NCBI GenBank assembly: GCA_036271035.1
Contig: DATBBK010000217.1
Span: 3,833-67,832 of the forward strand
Direction of reading: 5' to 3'
Length of the DNA: 64,000 nt
From: Thermoanaerobaculia bacterium
Lineage (GTDB): Bacteria; Acidobacteriota; Thermoanaerobaculia; UBA5066; Gp7-AA6
The notes under the pieces are model-generated. The model saw only the letters and a program-made list of their open reading frames with translations, did not search any database and was not told where the DNA came from. This document shows positions 9,088 through 18,176 of the stretch, in pieces; position 1 is the stretch's first letter; every line of letters starts with the position of its first letter. The position numbers were made by a program, and so were the translations under genes.

Positions 9088-9567
9088 CTATCGCGAAGCG
9101 GTCTTCTTCGCGCCCGGTTTCGTCGTGGCCGACTTCGGCTTGGCGCGGCCCGACGCTTCGTTCAGCGCGACGGCCTCGCGGATGAGCGCCTTGAACGCCT
9201 TTTCGGCGACCTTCTCGCCCTCGTGAATGTCGATCGCGCGCCGCACGTTGCCCTCGAGGCTCGAGTTGAAGAGCCGCGCGGGATCCTTCAGCTGCGCGCC
9301 CTTGAAGAACGTCAGCTTCACGGCGCTCTTGTACGTCTCGCCGGTGCAGATCCCGCCGGCGTGCGACCAGACCGGGACGCCGGGAGACGTGGCCTTCTGC
9401 CACTTCCACTCCTCGACGACGTCCGGATCGGCCGCCTTGATCAGCGCGCGGACGCGGGCGAGGGTCGCGCCGCGCCAGTCGTCCAGCCCCGCGATCCTCT
9501 CGTCGATCGCCCGCGACGGCGACACGCTCTTCTTCGAATCCTCGCTCTTCTTCATCTCGCCACCCAT
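9088..9567 (-). CDS. DUF1801 (YdhG-like) domain protein
   Basis: DUF1801-like motifs (LDDWRGATLARVRALIKAADPDVVEEWKW...PVW); start ATG at 9567 (MGGEMKK) or 9555. Confidence 0.55.
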   Translation of the reverse strand: MGGEMKKSEDSKKSVSPSRAIDERIAGLDDWRGATLARVRALIKAADPDVVEEWKWQKATSPGVPVWSHAGGICTGETYKSAVKLTFFKGAQLKDPARLFNSSLEGNVRRAIDIHEGEKVAEKAFKALIREAVALNEASGRAKPKSATTKPGAKKTASR

Positions 9568-9694
9568 CCCGCCGGCGAACCGGAGCCGGCGCGCGTCATT
9601 TCGAGCCAACGGCGATGCTAGCAGGGCGGCTCGCGTCGCGCGCATCCCGCGTTAATGAGACCATCAGACGAGCTCACGAATGGGAGGTTCATCG

Positions 9695-10264
9695 ATGCGA
9701 GCGTTTCCGCGATTCGTGCTGTCGTGTCTCGTCGGAGTGCTGGGCCTGGCCGTCTCCCGTCCCGCGCTCGCGCAGCGCGCGCCCGACACGAGCGGCGGCG
9801 ACCCCGCGCTCAAGGAGCTCCTCGGCGAGGTGCGGCTTCTGAGACAAGTCCTGCAGACGACGAGCCTCGTCTCGGTCCGGGCGAACATCCTCCTCGCGCG
9901 CCAGCAGGCGCAGCAGGAGCGGATCGGTCAGATCGAGCGCCAGATCGCGGACGCGCAGTCGCTCGCGCGCGACGCGGAGTCGCAGACCACGCAGTTCGCG
10001 GACTACGTCCAGCAGGCCGAGGACACGCTCGCCTCCGAGACCGATCCGGCGAAACGCGCGGAGAAGGAGGAGCAGATCCGCCAGTACACCCAGGTGCGCG
10101 CCCAGGTGAAGCGCTCGATCGAGACGCAGCACGAGCGCGAGGCGGAGCTGACGACGACGCTCTCAGGGGAGCAGGCGAAGCTCGAGCAGATCCAGCGCGG
10201 CCTCGACGGCGTCGAGAAGGAGTTGGAGGATCTGCAGAAGAAGGTGCCGGGCCGGGCCGAGTAG
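9695..10264 (+). CDS. secreted coiled-coil protein of unknown function
   Basis: GGGAGG RBS 8 nt upstream of ATG 9695; signal peptide MRAFPRFVLSCLVGVLGLAVSRPALAQ; Q/E/R-rich heptad-like sequence. Confidence 0.5.
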   Translation: MRAFPRFVLSCLVGVLGLAVSRPALAQRAPDTSGGDPALKELLGEVRLLRQVLQTTSLVSVRANILLARQQAQQERIGQIERQIADAQSLARDAESQTTQFADYVQQAEDTLASETDPAKRAEKEEQIRQYTQVRAQVKRSIETQHEREAELTTTLSGEQAKLEQIQRGLDGVEKELEDLQKKVPGRAE

Positions 10265-10283
10265 TTCGGGGGAAGGCGCCGGC

Positions 10284-11307
10284 TCACGGCCACGCGGCCG
10301 CGGGATACGGATCGTCGAAGACGACCACGCGCCCGCCGGGCGGATCGCACACGAGCATGTCCCTGCCGGTCGGCGGCCGCGCAGTGGCCCGACGCGGGAG
10401 ACGGCGAGGACCCGATCTCAGTGAGCGATCCGTCGGGCGCGACGGCGACGAACGACAAAGACGCGCTCTTGCCGCCCGGCACGTAGAGGTGATGGCGCAC
10501 CGGGTCGTAGTCGACGATGTCGACGCCGTTCGCGCGCGTCTTGACATCTCCGAGGACGCGGCCTCCGTGCGCGGCGTCGAGCGTGACGACGCGTCCCTCG
10601 CTGCATGCTGCGAACACGAAGTGCTTCGACTCGTCCAGCGCGATGCCGCGCGAGCCCTCACAGCGGTTGTCCCAGGTCTCGGCGATCCTGCGGACCGCGA
10701 CGTCGAGAGCGACCGTCTTGCCCTTCCAGAGGTGGGCGTACGCGCGTCCGCGCGCGGCGTCCACGACGAGCGACTCGGGGCCGCCCGGCACCGCGATGAG
10801 CGCGGCGTGGACGGGAGCGCCGCCCGGGTCGGACGCGGTGAAGACCTCGATCTGATCCTTGTCGGGCTCGGTCACCCAGACCTCGCCGCGCGGCGCGACC
10901 CAGCGGACGTAGTCGGGACTCGCGGCGAGCTTCGTGCGGCCGACGATGGTCTTCGTCGCCGGATCCACGACGAGAAGCGAGAGCGACGTGCGGTCGGTGA
11001 CGTAGAGCCGGCCGCCGCCCTCCGCGACGGAGGTGATCCCCTCGCCGTGTCCGCCCCCGAACTTGCCGCCGGTCGGGGAGAAGCCGCCGATCTCCGACAC
11101 CGCGCGCGTCTTCGGGTCCACGAGGAACAGCTTTCCGCTACGGCCTCCGGGAACGAGGACGAGCCCCGTCGCCGGCGAGAGCTGCAGGTCGTCGAACCCG
11201 ATTCCGCCGGTGACGCCCGGCAGCGCGACGGGAACACCGACCGGTACTCGGGGAGCGGCCGCCACGGTCTGAAGGAGCAGGAGCGGTACAACGAGTGCGT
11301 GCAGCAT
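10284..11307 (-). CDS. YVTN-repeat beta-propeller (YncE-like) secreted protein, apparent frameshift near 10365-10385 (true stop TGA 10284-10286 is in the other frame)
   Basis: ATG 11307 + signal peptide MLHALVVPLLLLQTVAAAP; YVTN-like repeats; frame A is protein-like down to ~10380 then degenerates to R/S junk, while frame B reads DMLVCDPPGGRVVVFDDPYPAAAWP* ending 20 nt from the convergent gene. Confidence 0.55.
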
Positions 11308-11383
11308 GCACGAATTTCTACCACTGTCTTCCCGCGGTTGAGCTCCTTTCCCGCTAAACGGGCGGTGAACTGGCTGATGGGAC

Positions 11384-11408
11384 TGGCTCCTCGGGAAGGA
11401 CTCGAACC
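11384..11408 (-). repeat. 25-nt imperfect direct repeat (23/25) of the tRNA-Asn 3' end: candidate distal attachment site of a genomic island
   Basis: TGGCTCCTCGGGAAGGACTCGAACC vs tRNA-Asn 23990-24014 TGGCTCCTCAGGGAGGACTCGAACC, same orientation; no 5' acceptor partner so not a tRNA gene. Confidence 0.6.
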
Positions 11409-11508
11409 GGTCATACGGACCACGCAAATCTCTCGAGCGGGCACGGTCTGATCGACCGGGACGGCCGATCCTTCGGATCATGGAGCCTCGCGGCAGTGAA
11501 TTCGGAGA

Positions 11509-13713
11509 CTACCGCTTGAACGTCCAGCGCAGCTTCACGATGATCTGATCGGCTACGGGCGTCACGAGACCCGGTTCCGGCTCCGCGATCGTCTCCTGGA
11601 CCGAGTGCTTCCAGCCCTTGTTCCAAACGACGAAGAGATCGTCGCCCGGCGTGATCGTCCACCGGAAGCGCGCGTTCATGCCGAGACTGTCGAGCACCGA
11701 GTCGTACTGGAAGAACGCCGACAGAACGATGTAGGGATTGAAGGCGTAGACGGTCTTCAGCTGCCAGAGGCGGTCGGTGAAGTTACCCTCCCGAAGGTAG
11801 CCGTAGTCGTTCTCGAGGTTGAAGACGAGCTGCAGGTGGCCGGACCGCTCCGTCCATTTCACCGCTCCGATCAGCTGTGTCAGCCGGCCGTCGTAGAAGT
11901 CCCCGAGCCAGGCCGTGGCGCTGATCGAGAAGGGGCGAGCCGTCGAAGACTCGAGCTGGATGCGGAAGCGATTGAATTGGTAGGTGCCGACCGGGATGAC
12001 GACTCCGGGCGCGATCTCGAACGGCTGCGTCAGCCGCTCGTATTCCGGCGCGTAGTTGGCCTCGCCGTGGTCGCCCGCTTGGGTCTGGAAGTTGATTGGA
12101 GCAAGAAACGTCCGAAACGATTCGGTCTGGCCCTGGAGGTCCGTCACGAGGACCGGATTTGCCTCGAAGAAGAATTGCCGAATTCCGGAGAAGAGGCTCG
12201 TGGAAGACGGCCGGGGCTGGTACGCGAGATAGACGTTGTATTGACGGGTTCCGGGCCGAGGCAGGAACCCCAGGCCGGGATCGAGCGAGTCGCCAAACAC
12301 GTTGACCGAGCCGTTGAAGTTCCAGAGGTCGTTCGGGTACTCCGCCTTGACCCCCCAGCCACTGCGGTCGCCCGTCCCCACGTCTCCGAAGCTGCGCGTC
12401 GCCCAGAGCCCGAAGGCCAGATTCTTGTCGCCCTGGAAGGTCTCCGTCTGCCAGACGGCGTCGAGTCCGGCGAGTGAATTGCTCGTCCGGCCGTCGGGAT
12501 CGCCGTTGGTTCCGATGACGCCGACCCGCAGATTGCGGTTCACGTCGTAGGTGAAACGCCCGGCGGCCATGTTCGTCGCGGGAACGCCGAAGACGTCCCG
12601 CGTCTGGACGTCGAGCGCGCCGACGCCCCAGGCGCCTTCCCGGCCGACCGCCTTCAAGCCTGCCGTGATCGGGATGATCTGGTCGCCGAAGAGACCCACG
12701 GTGCGCGAGTAGAACGGAATGAAGACGTCCTTGATGTCGAGTCCGAAGTCGAAGAAGTTGCCGCCGTCGGTAAAGAAGGGGCGCTTCTCCGGAAAGAAGA
12801 GCGCGAAGCGCGTCAGGTTGACCTGGAGGGTGTCGGCTTCGACCTCGGCGAAGTCCGGGTTGATCGCGAGAACGCCGTCGAGCTGCGAGCTGATGTGGTA
12901 GCCGACGTCGAGGCCCGCCTGCCCCTTCGCGAAGCTGTGATCCGTGAGCTCGTCGATCTGGTACTTGCCGAGTGCGTATGGCGAGACCGTCAGCCCCCAT
13001 CCCTGGTCGAGGCAGCAGACTCCATCGAGAATTCCGGCCCGCCGCATGTCGAGCCAATTCGAGTCGAGCGTGGTGCCACTCCATCGGAGCGTGAGCTGAT
13101 CTCGGGGGACGAATCGCTGGACGTTGAACCCCCATTGCCCCGTCGAGCGGTTGAAACGAACCGTCTGGGCGGGCAGGACGATCTCGGCGGTCCAGCCGGT
13201 CGCTGTCCGCTGCGTGGCGGCGTCCCAGATCCCGTCCCAGTCGAGCGAGGCGTTCTGCGCGTTGGGATCCGAGATCAACCCGTCGAGACGAACGGCGGCG
13301 GCGTTGATCTCGAACAGATACCCGGTGCGGCGGTCGTGAAAGGTGTCGAGGACGATCGCGATCGTGTCGTCGCCCGACATATCGCCGTCGCGCTGCATCG
13401 TGTGCACCGCGATCGTCGCAGGGTTCGGATCCGTGCACGTAATCCCGAAATAGAGGTTTGACTTGTCCGCCAGGATGCGAACCTCCGTCCGGTACGGCGT
13501 CGCCTCGCCGGGCTTCGGAGACTGCTGCGTCAGGTCGGCGATCACCGCCGCCTGCTCCCACTCGGGCTCGTCGAGAGCGCCGTCGAGGCGGATCTTGCCG
13601 GCAAGGTTCGCCACGGCGACGGTTGGCGCCTCCACGGGCACCGCCTCCTGACCGGCCGGGAGCGACGCAGAGAGAAACAGCAGCGCCGCAGTCGCGATCG
13701 CTTCGCGGCGCAT
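11509..13713 (-). CDS. DUF5916 family outer-membrane protein with N-terminal CBM9-like domain
   Basis: ATG 13713 + signal peptide MRREAIATAALLFLSASLPAG; 734 aa; long beta-rich body typical of DUF5916 hydrolase-like OM proteins; starts 9 nt after the chrA stop. Confidence 0.75.
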   Translation of the reverse strand: MRREAIATAALLFLSASLPAGQEAVPVEAPTVAVANLAGKIRLDGALDEPEWEQAAVIADLTQQSPKPGEATPYRTEVRILADKSNLYFGITCTDPNPATIAVHTMQRDGDMSGDDTIAIVLDTFHDRRTGYLFEINAAAVRLDGLISDPNAQNASLDWDGIWDAATQRTATGWTAEIVLPAQTVRFNRSTGQWGFNVQRFVPRDQLTLRWSGTTLDSNWLDMRRAGILDGVCCLDQGWGLTVSPYALGKYQIDELTDHSFAKGQAGLDVGYHISSQLDGVLAINPDFAEVEADTLQVNLTRFALFFPEKRPFFTDGGNFFDFGLDIKDVFIPFYSRTVGLFGDQIIPITAGLKAVGREGAWGVGALDVQTRDVFGVPATNMAAGRFTYDVNRNLRVGVIGTNGDPDGRTSNSLAGLDAVWQTETFQGDKNLAFGLWATRSFGDVGTGDRSGWGVKAEYPNDLWNFNGSVNVFGDSLDPGLGFLPRPGTRQYNVYLAYQPRPSSTSLFSGIRQFFFEANPVLVTDLQGQTESFRTFLAPINFQTQAGDHGEANYAPEYERLTQPFEIAPGVVIPVGTYQFNRFRIQLESSTARPFSISATAWLGDFYDGRLTQLIGAVKWTERSGHLQLVFNLENDYGYLREGNFTDRLWQLKTVYAFNPYIVLSAFFQYDSVLDSLGMNARFRWTITPGDDLFVVWNKGWKHSVQETIAEPEPGLVTPVADQIIVKLRWTFKR

Positions 13714-13724
13714 CGGCGATCCCC

Positions 13725-14933
13725 CTAGCGGAGCACCCAATCCGGCCGAATCAACGGATACGCGATCAGGCCGATCAGCGCCCCCGCGAGGACCACGACT
13801 GGCTCCGGGAGTCTCTTCCACGCGAAGAGCGCGATCAGACTCGTCGCGGCGAGGGCAATCGTGAGCGCGTCGCCGATCGCGGTCTTCCCCACCAGGTACG
13901 TCGTTCCGACGAGCACGCCGACGACCGCGACCGTGATACCGCGTATGAACCCCTTGAGGTGGGGGTTCGCCGCGTGGCGCAGGAGAATCGGTGTCGCAAT
14001 GACCGTGAAGAATACCGCTGGAGCGAAGATCCCGACGGTGGCGGCCACGGCGCCGGGAAGGCCGTCCAGAAGGTAGCCGACGAAGGTGGCCGAGATGACG
14101 ACTGGCCCCGGCGAGATCATTCCAATCGCCACCGAATCGAGGAATGCCCGGTTGCCGAGCCAGTGATATTGGTCCACAACGTACGTCTTCAGGAAGGGGA
14201 CGATCACGAGCCCGCTGCCGAAAACCAGAAGTCCCGTCCTGAAGAAGAAGAAAAAGAGCTTTCCGGTAAGGCCGGCGGCCGTCGGAACCGTGCCCAGAAG
14301 AATCGGCGCCGCGAAGACGGGTACGACCCTGCCAACTGTCGGAGGACGCCCCGAGAAGAGCCAGATTCCCAGCACTCCCGCGACGATGAACATCGCGGTC
14401 AGCTCTTTCTCGACGACGACCGTCACGGCGCACGCGATCAGGAAGAACGTCCATGCAACGCGATCCCTCGCGAGGGTCCGCCGTCCCAGGTTCCAGCACG
14501 CCCTCAAGATCAGCGCGACGACGACGGGACCGACGCCGTAGAACAGGGCCCTCAGAGGCCAGCTGGCCTCGAAACGCGCATAGAGCGCCGCCGCGACGAC
14601 CACGAGGAGAAACGGCGGCAGGGCGAATGCCGCCGCGACCGCGAGGCCTCCTGCGATCCCGTGCCGGACGTATCCGCAGTAGACGCCGAGTTGGTATGCG
14701 AGAGGCCCGGGACACGCGGCCGCGATGGCAAGACCCTGGTCGTACTCGGGCTCGGTCAGCCAGCCCCGCATCTCGACGAGGTCGCGGCGCATGGAGTTGG
14801 CGAGCGCGACGGGCCCGCCGAAGCCGAGAGCTCCCAGTCGCAAGAAATAAAGCGCCATCGCCCCGAGCGATGGCTGCGCGCGCAAGGCCCCGCCGCTCCC
14901 GCCGAGCGGGACGGGTTGGATCTCCCGGCTCAC
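13725..14933 (-). CDS. chrA: chromate transporter ChrA (full-length, two CHR domains)
   Basis: 402 aa polytopic membrane protein; duplicated CHR motifs (LGALGFGGPVA..., FLRTGLLVFGSGLVIVPFL). Confidence 0.85.
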   Translation of the reverse strand: MSREIQPVPLGGSGGALRAQPSLGAMALYFLRLGALGFGGPVALANSMRRDLVEMRGWLTEPEYDQGLAIAAACPGPLAYQLGVYCGYVRHGIAGGLAVAAAFALPPFLLVVVAAALYARFEASWPLRALFYGVGPVVVALILRACWNLGRRTLARDRVAWTFFLIACAVTVVVEKELTAMFIVAGVLGIWLFSGRPPTVGRVVPVFAAPILLGTVPTAAGLTGKLFFFFFRTGLLVFGSGLVIVPFLKTYVVDQYHWLGNRAFLDSVAIGMISPGPVVISATFVGYLLDGLPGAVAATVGIFAPAVFFTVIATPILLRHAANPHLKGFIRGITVAVVGVLVGTTYLVGKTAIGDALTIALAATSLIALFAWKRLPEPVVVLAGALIGLIAYPLIRPDWVLR

Positions 14934-15038
14934 TCAATGGCCTTCGATCGCGACGTCGTCGCACGCATCATGAGCGGGCGCCCGCGTGCGGCGACACTTT
15001 GGTCGACGGCGCCGTCGTCCTCGTCGGAACGGCCCTCA

Positions 15039-15206
15039 CTCCAGACTTTCGGAGACGGATTTCCTCCCTGAGGCGTTCACGAGAACGATCGTCGCGACGG
15101 GGCGGCCGCCCTTGAGGGCAGGGACCGCGCTAACAGCCAGGTAGCCCTGGTTCGCGGCGACCGCGCTCTGGACGACGGAGGCCAGACTCTTTTTCGCCTT
15201 GGTCAT
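15039..15206 (-). CDS. small PepSY-like ORF (56 aa) translationally coupled to the upstream PepSY gene
   Basis: ATG overlaps the upstream TGA (ATGA); sequence YLAVSAVPALKGGRPVATIVLVNASGRK resembles a PepSY C-terminal half. Confidence 0.3.
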
Positions 15207-15556
15207 GACCTGGCCCTGGTGTTCGCGGCGGCGAGGTCTTCCGCCTCGTCCTCGTCGATCTTCCCCGCACTCGAGACGTTTCCGGTCGCGTGGTCCACGA
15301 TCACCTCGGAGAACTTGCCGTCTTTCTCGACGTAAACCGAGAGCTGCAGCTTCCCCTCGTCCATCTCGAACTTGCCGGAGATCGGCTTCCCGTTCCGCTC
15401 CGCCGCGGTGAGCCCTTTCTCGAGTGTCACCTTGGCGGATTGAAGGCTCTTCCAGTCGGGCGCGTGTTCCTTTTCCTCTTCGCCGCGCACGCCCGATCCC
15501 GCGACCAGTGACACGGCGATCCACATCGCGGAGACCAGCAAGAGCTTTCTCCTCAT
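15203..15556 (-). CDS. PepSY domain secreted protein
   Basis: signal peptide MRRKLLLVSAMWIAVSLVAG; PepSY-like core (KVTLEKGLTAAERNGKPISGKFEMDEGKLQLSVYVEKDGKFSEVIVDHATGNV). Confidence 0.6.
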   Translation of the reverse strand: MRRKLLLVSAMWIAVSLVAGSGVRGEEEKEHAPDWKSLQSAKVTLEKGLTAAERNGKPISGKFEMDEGKLQLSVYVEKDGKFSEVIVDHATGNVSSAGKIDEDEAEDLAAANTRARS

Positions 15557-15567
15557 GACTCCCCTCC

Positions 15568-16458
15568 TTACTTGGTTGCAACCTTCGACAACGCGGCCTT
15601 GAGACCCTCCCCGATCTTCTCGGGAGTTCCGACGGCCCAGAAGTGCATGAAGAAGAGACGCGGCGTCTCGGTGAGCATGTGCGAATGCAGCGCGGTCGGC
15701 GCGATGCCGTGCGCGCGCAGCTCGCGAATCACGGGATTGACCTCCTCGGCGACGAGAACGAAGTCGCCGCTCGTCGCGACCTCGGCGCCGACGGTCTGGA
15801 AGTTCAGAGACGTGCTCATGCCGAGCGAGGCCGGGACCTCGGTGCCTCCGTCGTGGATCGCCTCGGAGCGTGGCACGCCGACCTGGAGGACCTTGCCGGC
15901 CATCGTTCCCTTGCGGCCGAGTGCAGCCTGAAGCTTCTCGAAGGTCTGCGCCTGCTCGGCCGTCGGCGCCGCTGCCGACGTTCCTGGCGCCGGCGTCTTG
16001 CTCTTCGCGAGCGCCGCCTTCAGCGTTTTCGCGAGGGCGACCGCATCGCCGTGGCCGTGGAAGTGCAGATAGATGACGTGCGGGCTTTCGTTCACCAGGT
16101 GGTTGTGGATCGCGAGGATCTCGAAGCCTCCGGACTGGAGCTCGCCAATCACGGGATCGAGCTCGGAGTCGAGGAGCACCAGGTCTCCCATCGTCACGGC
16201 GGGACCCCCGGTCGCGGTTTGGAGGAAGCCTGCCCAGGAGCCGAGCGCAACAGCGGGCTCGACCGTGACGTTTCCGATCGTGACATGCAGGTCCGAGCGA
16301 GGCCAGCCGAATCGGTGAACGCCTCCGGGCAGGTCCTTGCCGGCGAATCCGAGGACCTCGTCGATGGACTGCCAGCTCGAGTCCGGTGGCGAGGCGAAGA
16401 GGGCGGTGGCGAGACCAAGACCGAGCGCGAAGGCCACGAAAATGGCGAGCCGTTTCAT
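15568..16458 (-). CDS. DUF1259 (LpqO/LppY-like) secreted protein
   Basis: signal peptide; internally duplicated DUF1259 halves each carrying an HxH motif (IHNHLVNESPHVIYLHFHGHG; LHSHMLTETPRLFFMHFW); ATGA overlap with chrB-like stop. Confidence 0.7.
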   Translation of the reverse strand: MKRLAIFVAFALGLGLATALFASPPDSSWQSIDEVLGFAGKDLPGGVHRFGWPRSDLHVTIGNVTVEPAVALGSWAGFLQTATGGPAVTMGDLVLLDSELDPVIGELQSGGFEILAIHNHLVNESPHVIYLHFHGHGDAVALAKTLKAALAKSKTPAPGTSAAAPTAEQAQTFEKLQAALGRKGTMAGKVLQVGVPRSEAIHDGGTEVPASLGMSTSLNFQTVGAEVATSGDFVLVAEEVNPVIRELRAHGIAPTALHSHMLTETPRLFFMHFWAVGTPEKIGEGLKAALSKVATK

Positions 16459-17402
16459 GAGGACACCTCCCTGGAAATCGGGCTTCTGGATCGGAACGAT
16501 GCGTACAGGTCGTCGAAGAGAGCCAACCCGCGGCTCAGACGCTCTTCGTCGTCGGAGCTGTACAGGACAATGCCGAGGACGATCTGCTGGACTCCCTGAG
16601 CGTCCCCGCGTCCGAACTTCCCGTCCTTGAGGTCGATGTCATGGACGATCTCGGCGACCTGCCGCAGGGCGTCGTCCGGGCTCCCGAGCGTGCGCACGAG
16701 GGTTTCGAACGTGCAGCCGTCTCCCTCGTGGGTGAAGTCGCCGCCGGCCATGTCGAACCGCAGCTCGTCGGGCCGACGCTCCTCATCGGGATCGATGAAT
16801 CGGAACTCCGCATCGGGGTCGATGAACCGACGAATCAGCCACGCGGACGCAATGCGGTCGATCTGGACGCCGCGGCGAGTCGCCCAGACGCGGCCCACGA
16901 GCTCAGAGAGCCCTACGGGAGCTCGCGTCTCCCGGCAGTCCGCGCCGGACGCGCGTTCGAGGCGAGACAACAGGGACTCCACCCGCCGCCTCCCGGGCGC
17001 GTCGAAGAAGTCGATCCTGCGGATGGCGTCGAACTGCTCTCGCGCGCGGGCAACGGTTTCCGGGCTCGCATTCGCCTGGAGATCGCGCAGGCCCCTGGCC
17101 AGCTCGTCGTAGTCGGCCCGGCGTGCGGATCGCGAGCTCTCGACCAGCAGGTCGTCGGTGCGAGGATCCACGAACGTGCATTCGGCGACGTAACCGTGTC
17201 CACCACCCGCGGCCGCTTCGTTCGCCACGAGCTCCATCGCCTGGCGGGACGGACCGCTCGGCGGAAGGGCATAGACCGCCTTTTTCAAGGCGATCGCGCC
17301 AGCGCGGGAGAGAAGTCGGCGGACCTTCGCGCGCAGGTAGAGCGGGTCCGCCGGCACACTGTGAACGAGCAGAAGCCAACGGGTCGCATTGGGCTCCGAC
17401 AT
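16455..17402 (-). CDS. chrB: chromate resistance protein ChrB-like (putative chromate-responsive regulator)
   Basis: ChrB N- and C-domain similarity; ATG 17402 (MSEPNATRWLLLVHSVP) preferred over the listed 17441 start, which translates the AT-rich promoter. Confidence 0.7.
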   Translation of the reverse strand: MSEPNATRWLLLVHSVPADPLYLRAKVRRLLSRAGAIALKKAVYALPPSGPSRQAMELVANEAAAGGGHGYVAECTFVDPRTDDLLVESSRSARRADYDELARGLRDLQANASPETVARAREQFDAIRRIDFFDAPGRRRVESLLSRLERASGADCRETRAPVGLSELVGRVWATRRGVQIDRIASAWLIRRFIDPDAEFRFIDPDEERRPDELRFDMAGGDFTHEGDGCTFETLVRTLGSPDDALRQVAEIVHDIDLKDGKFGRGDAQGVQQIVLGIVLYSSDDEERLSRGLALFDDLYASFRSRSPISREVSS

Positions 17403-17413
17403 CGAAACGTGTT

Positions 17414-17449
17414 TATAGCATATGATCATGTAATATAGCATCTGCTATA
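17414..17449. promoter_or_regulatory. divergent chrB/pepE promoter region with operator-like palindromes (TATAGCA direct repeats, ATGATCAT, TATAGC-atct-GCTATA)
   Basis: 58-nt AT-rich intergenic region in a GC-rich genome; perfect palindromes at 17422-17429 and 17434-17449. Confidence 0.4.
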
Positions 17450-17459
17450 TAGTCGCTGG

Positions 17460-18176
17460 ATGCTCCATACCAGCGCCGGGCGCCGCATCCTCCTCATCAG
17501 CAGCTCGAACCTCTACGGCACCGGATACCTCGACCACGCCGAGTCGGAGATCGTCCGCTCACTCGCCGGGGCATCGAGAGTCCTCTTCGTTCCCCATGCG
17601 CTTTTCGATCGGCGGGCGTACGCAGCGAAGGCTCGGACCCGTTTCGAACGGATGGGCCTCTCACTCGACTCCGCCGATGAGGTGACCGATGCGCGGACAG
17701 CGGTCAGCGACGCCGAGGCGATCTTCGTCGGCGGCGGAAACACGTTCCGCCTCCTGGCCGCCCTCTACCGGCTCGATCTGCTCGAGCCGATCCGGAGGCG
17801 CGTCGCCGAAGGAATGCCGTACCTCGGTTCGAGCGCCGGCGCGATCGTCGCGGGTCCGAGCCTCGGCACCACCAAGGACATGCCGATCGTCGAGCCGCCC
17901 TCGTTTGCCGCCCTCTCCCTCGTTCCCTTTCAGATCAGCCCGCACTACCTCGATCCGGACTTCACCTCGACGCACATGGGCGAGACGCAGGAAGAGCGGA
18001 TCGAACAGTTTCTCGAGGAGCACGATCGCCCGGTCGTGGGGTTGCGCGAGGGCGCGATCCTGCGAGTCGACGGCGACGACGTGACCCTCACCGGCGTTGC
18101 CGGTGCGCGAATCTTCCGGCGCGGCGCGGAACCGGTCGAGGCCTCTCCTCCGTGCCGGCTCCCAGGGCTCGCATGA
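17460..18176 (+). CDS. pepE: dipeptidase E (peptidase S51, PepE)
   Basis: S51 motifs (IFVGGGNTF, GSSAGAI catalytic Ser, H in SPHY). Confidence 0.8.
   Translation: MLHTSAGRRILLISSSNLYGTGYLDHAESEIVRSLAGASRVLFVPHALFDRRAYAAKARTRFERMGLSLDSADEVTDARTAVSDAEAIFVGGGNTFRLLAALYRLDLLEPIRRRVAEGMPYLGSSAGAIVAGPSLGTTKDMPIVEPPSFAALSLVPFQISPHYLDPDFTSTHMGETQEERIEQFLEEHDRPVVGLREGAILRVDGDDVTLTGVAGARIFRRGAEPVEASPPCRLPGLA

Noticed and set aside
10003-10283. C-terminal 90 codons of ORF 10003..11481
   Set aside because: R/S-rich junk overlapping the convergent gene by 260 nt. It is explained by a frameshift, with the true stop at 10284.
11384-11460. Possible additional tRNA gene at the att-like repeat
   Set aside because: Only the T-arm and 3' acceptor portion are present. 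No complementary 5' acceptor (TCCTCGG) or D/anticodon arms exist upstream.
17403-17441. Listed start 17441 for chrB (MLYYMIICYKHVS...)
   Set aside because: It translates the AT-rich promoter/operator region. ATG 17402 gives a normal ChrB N-terminus.
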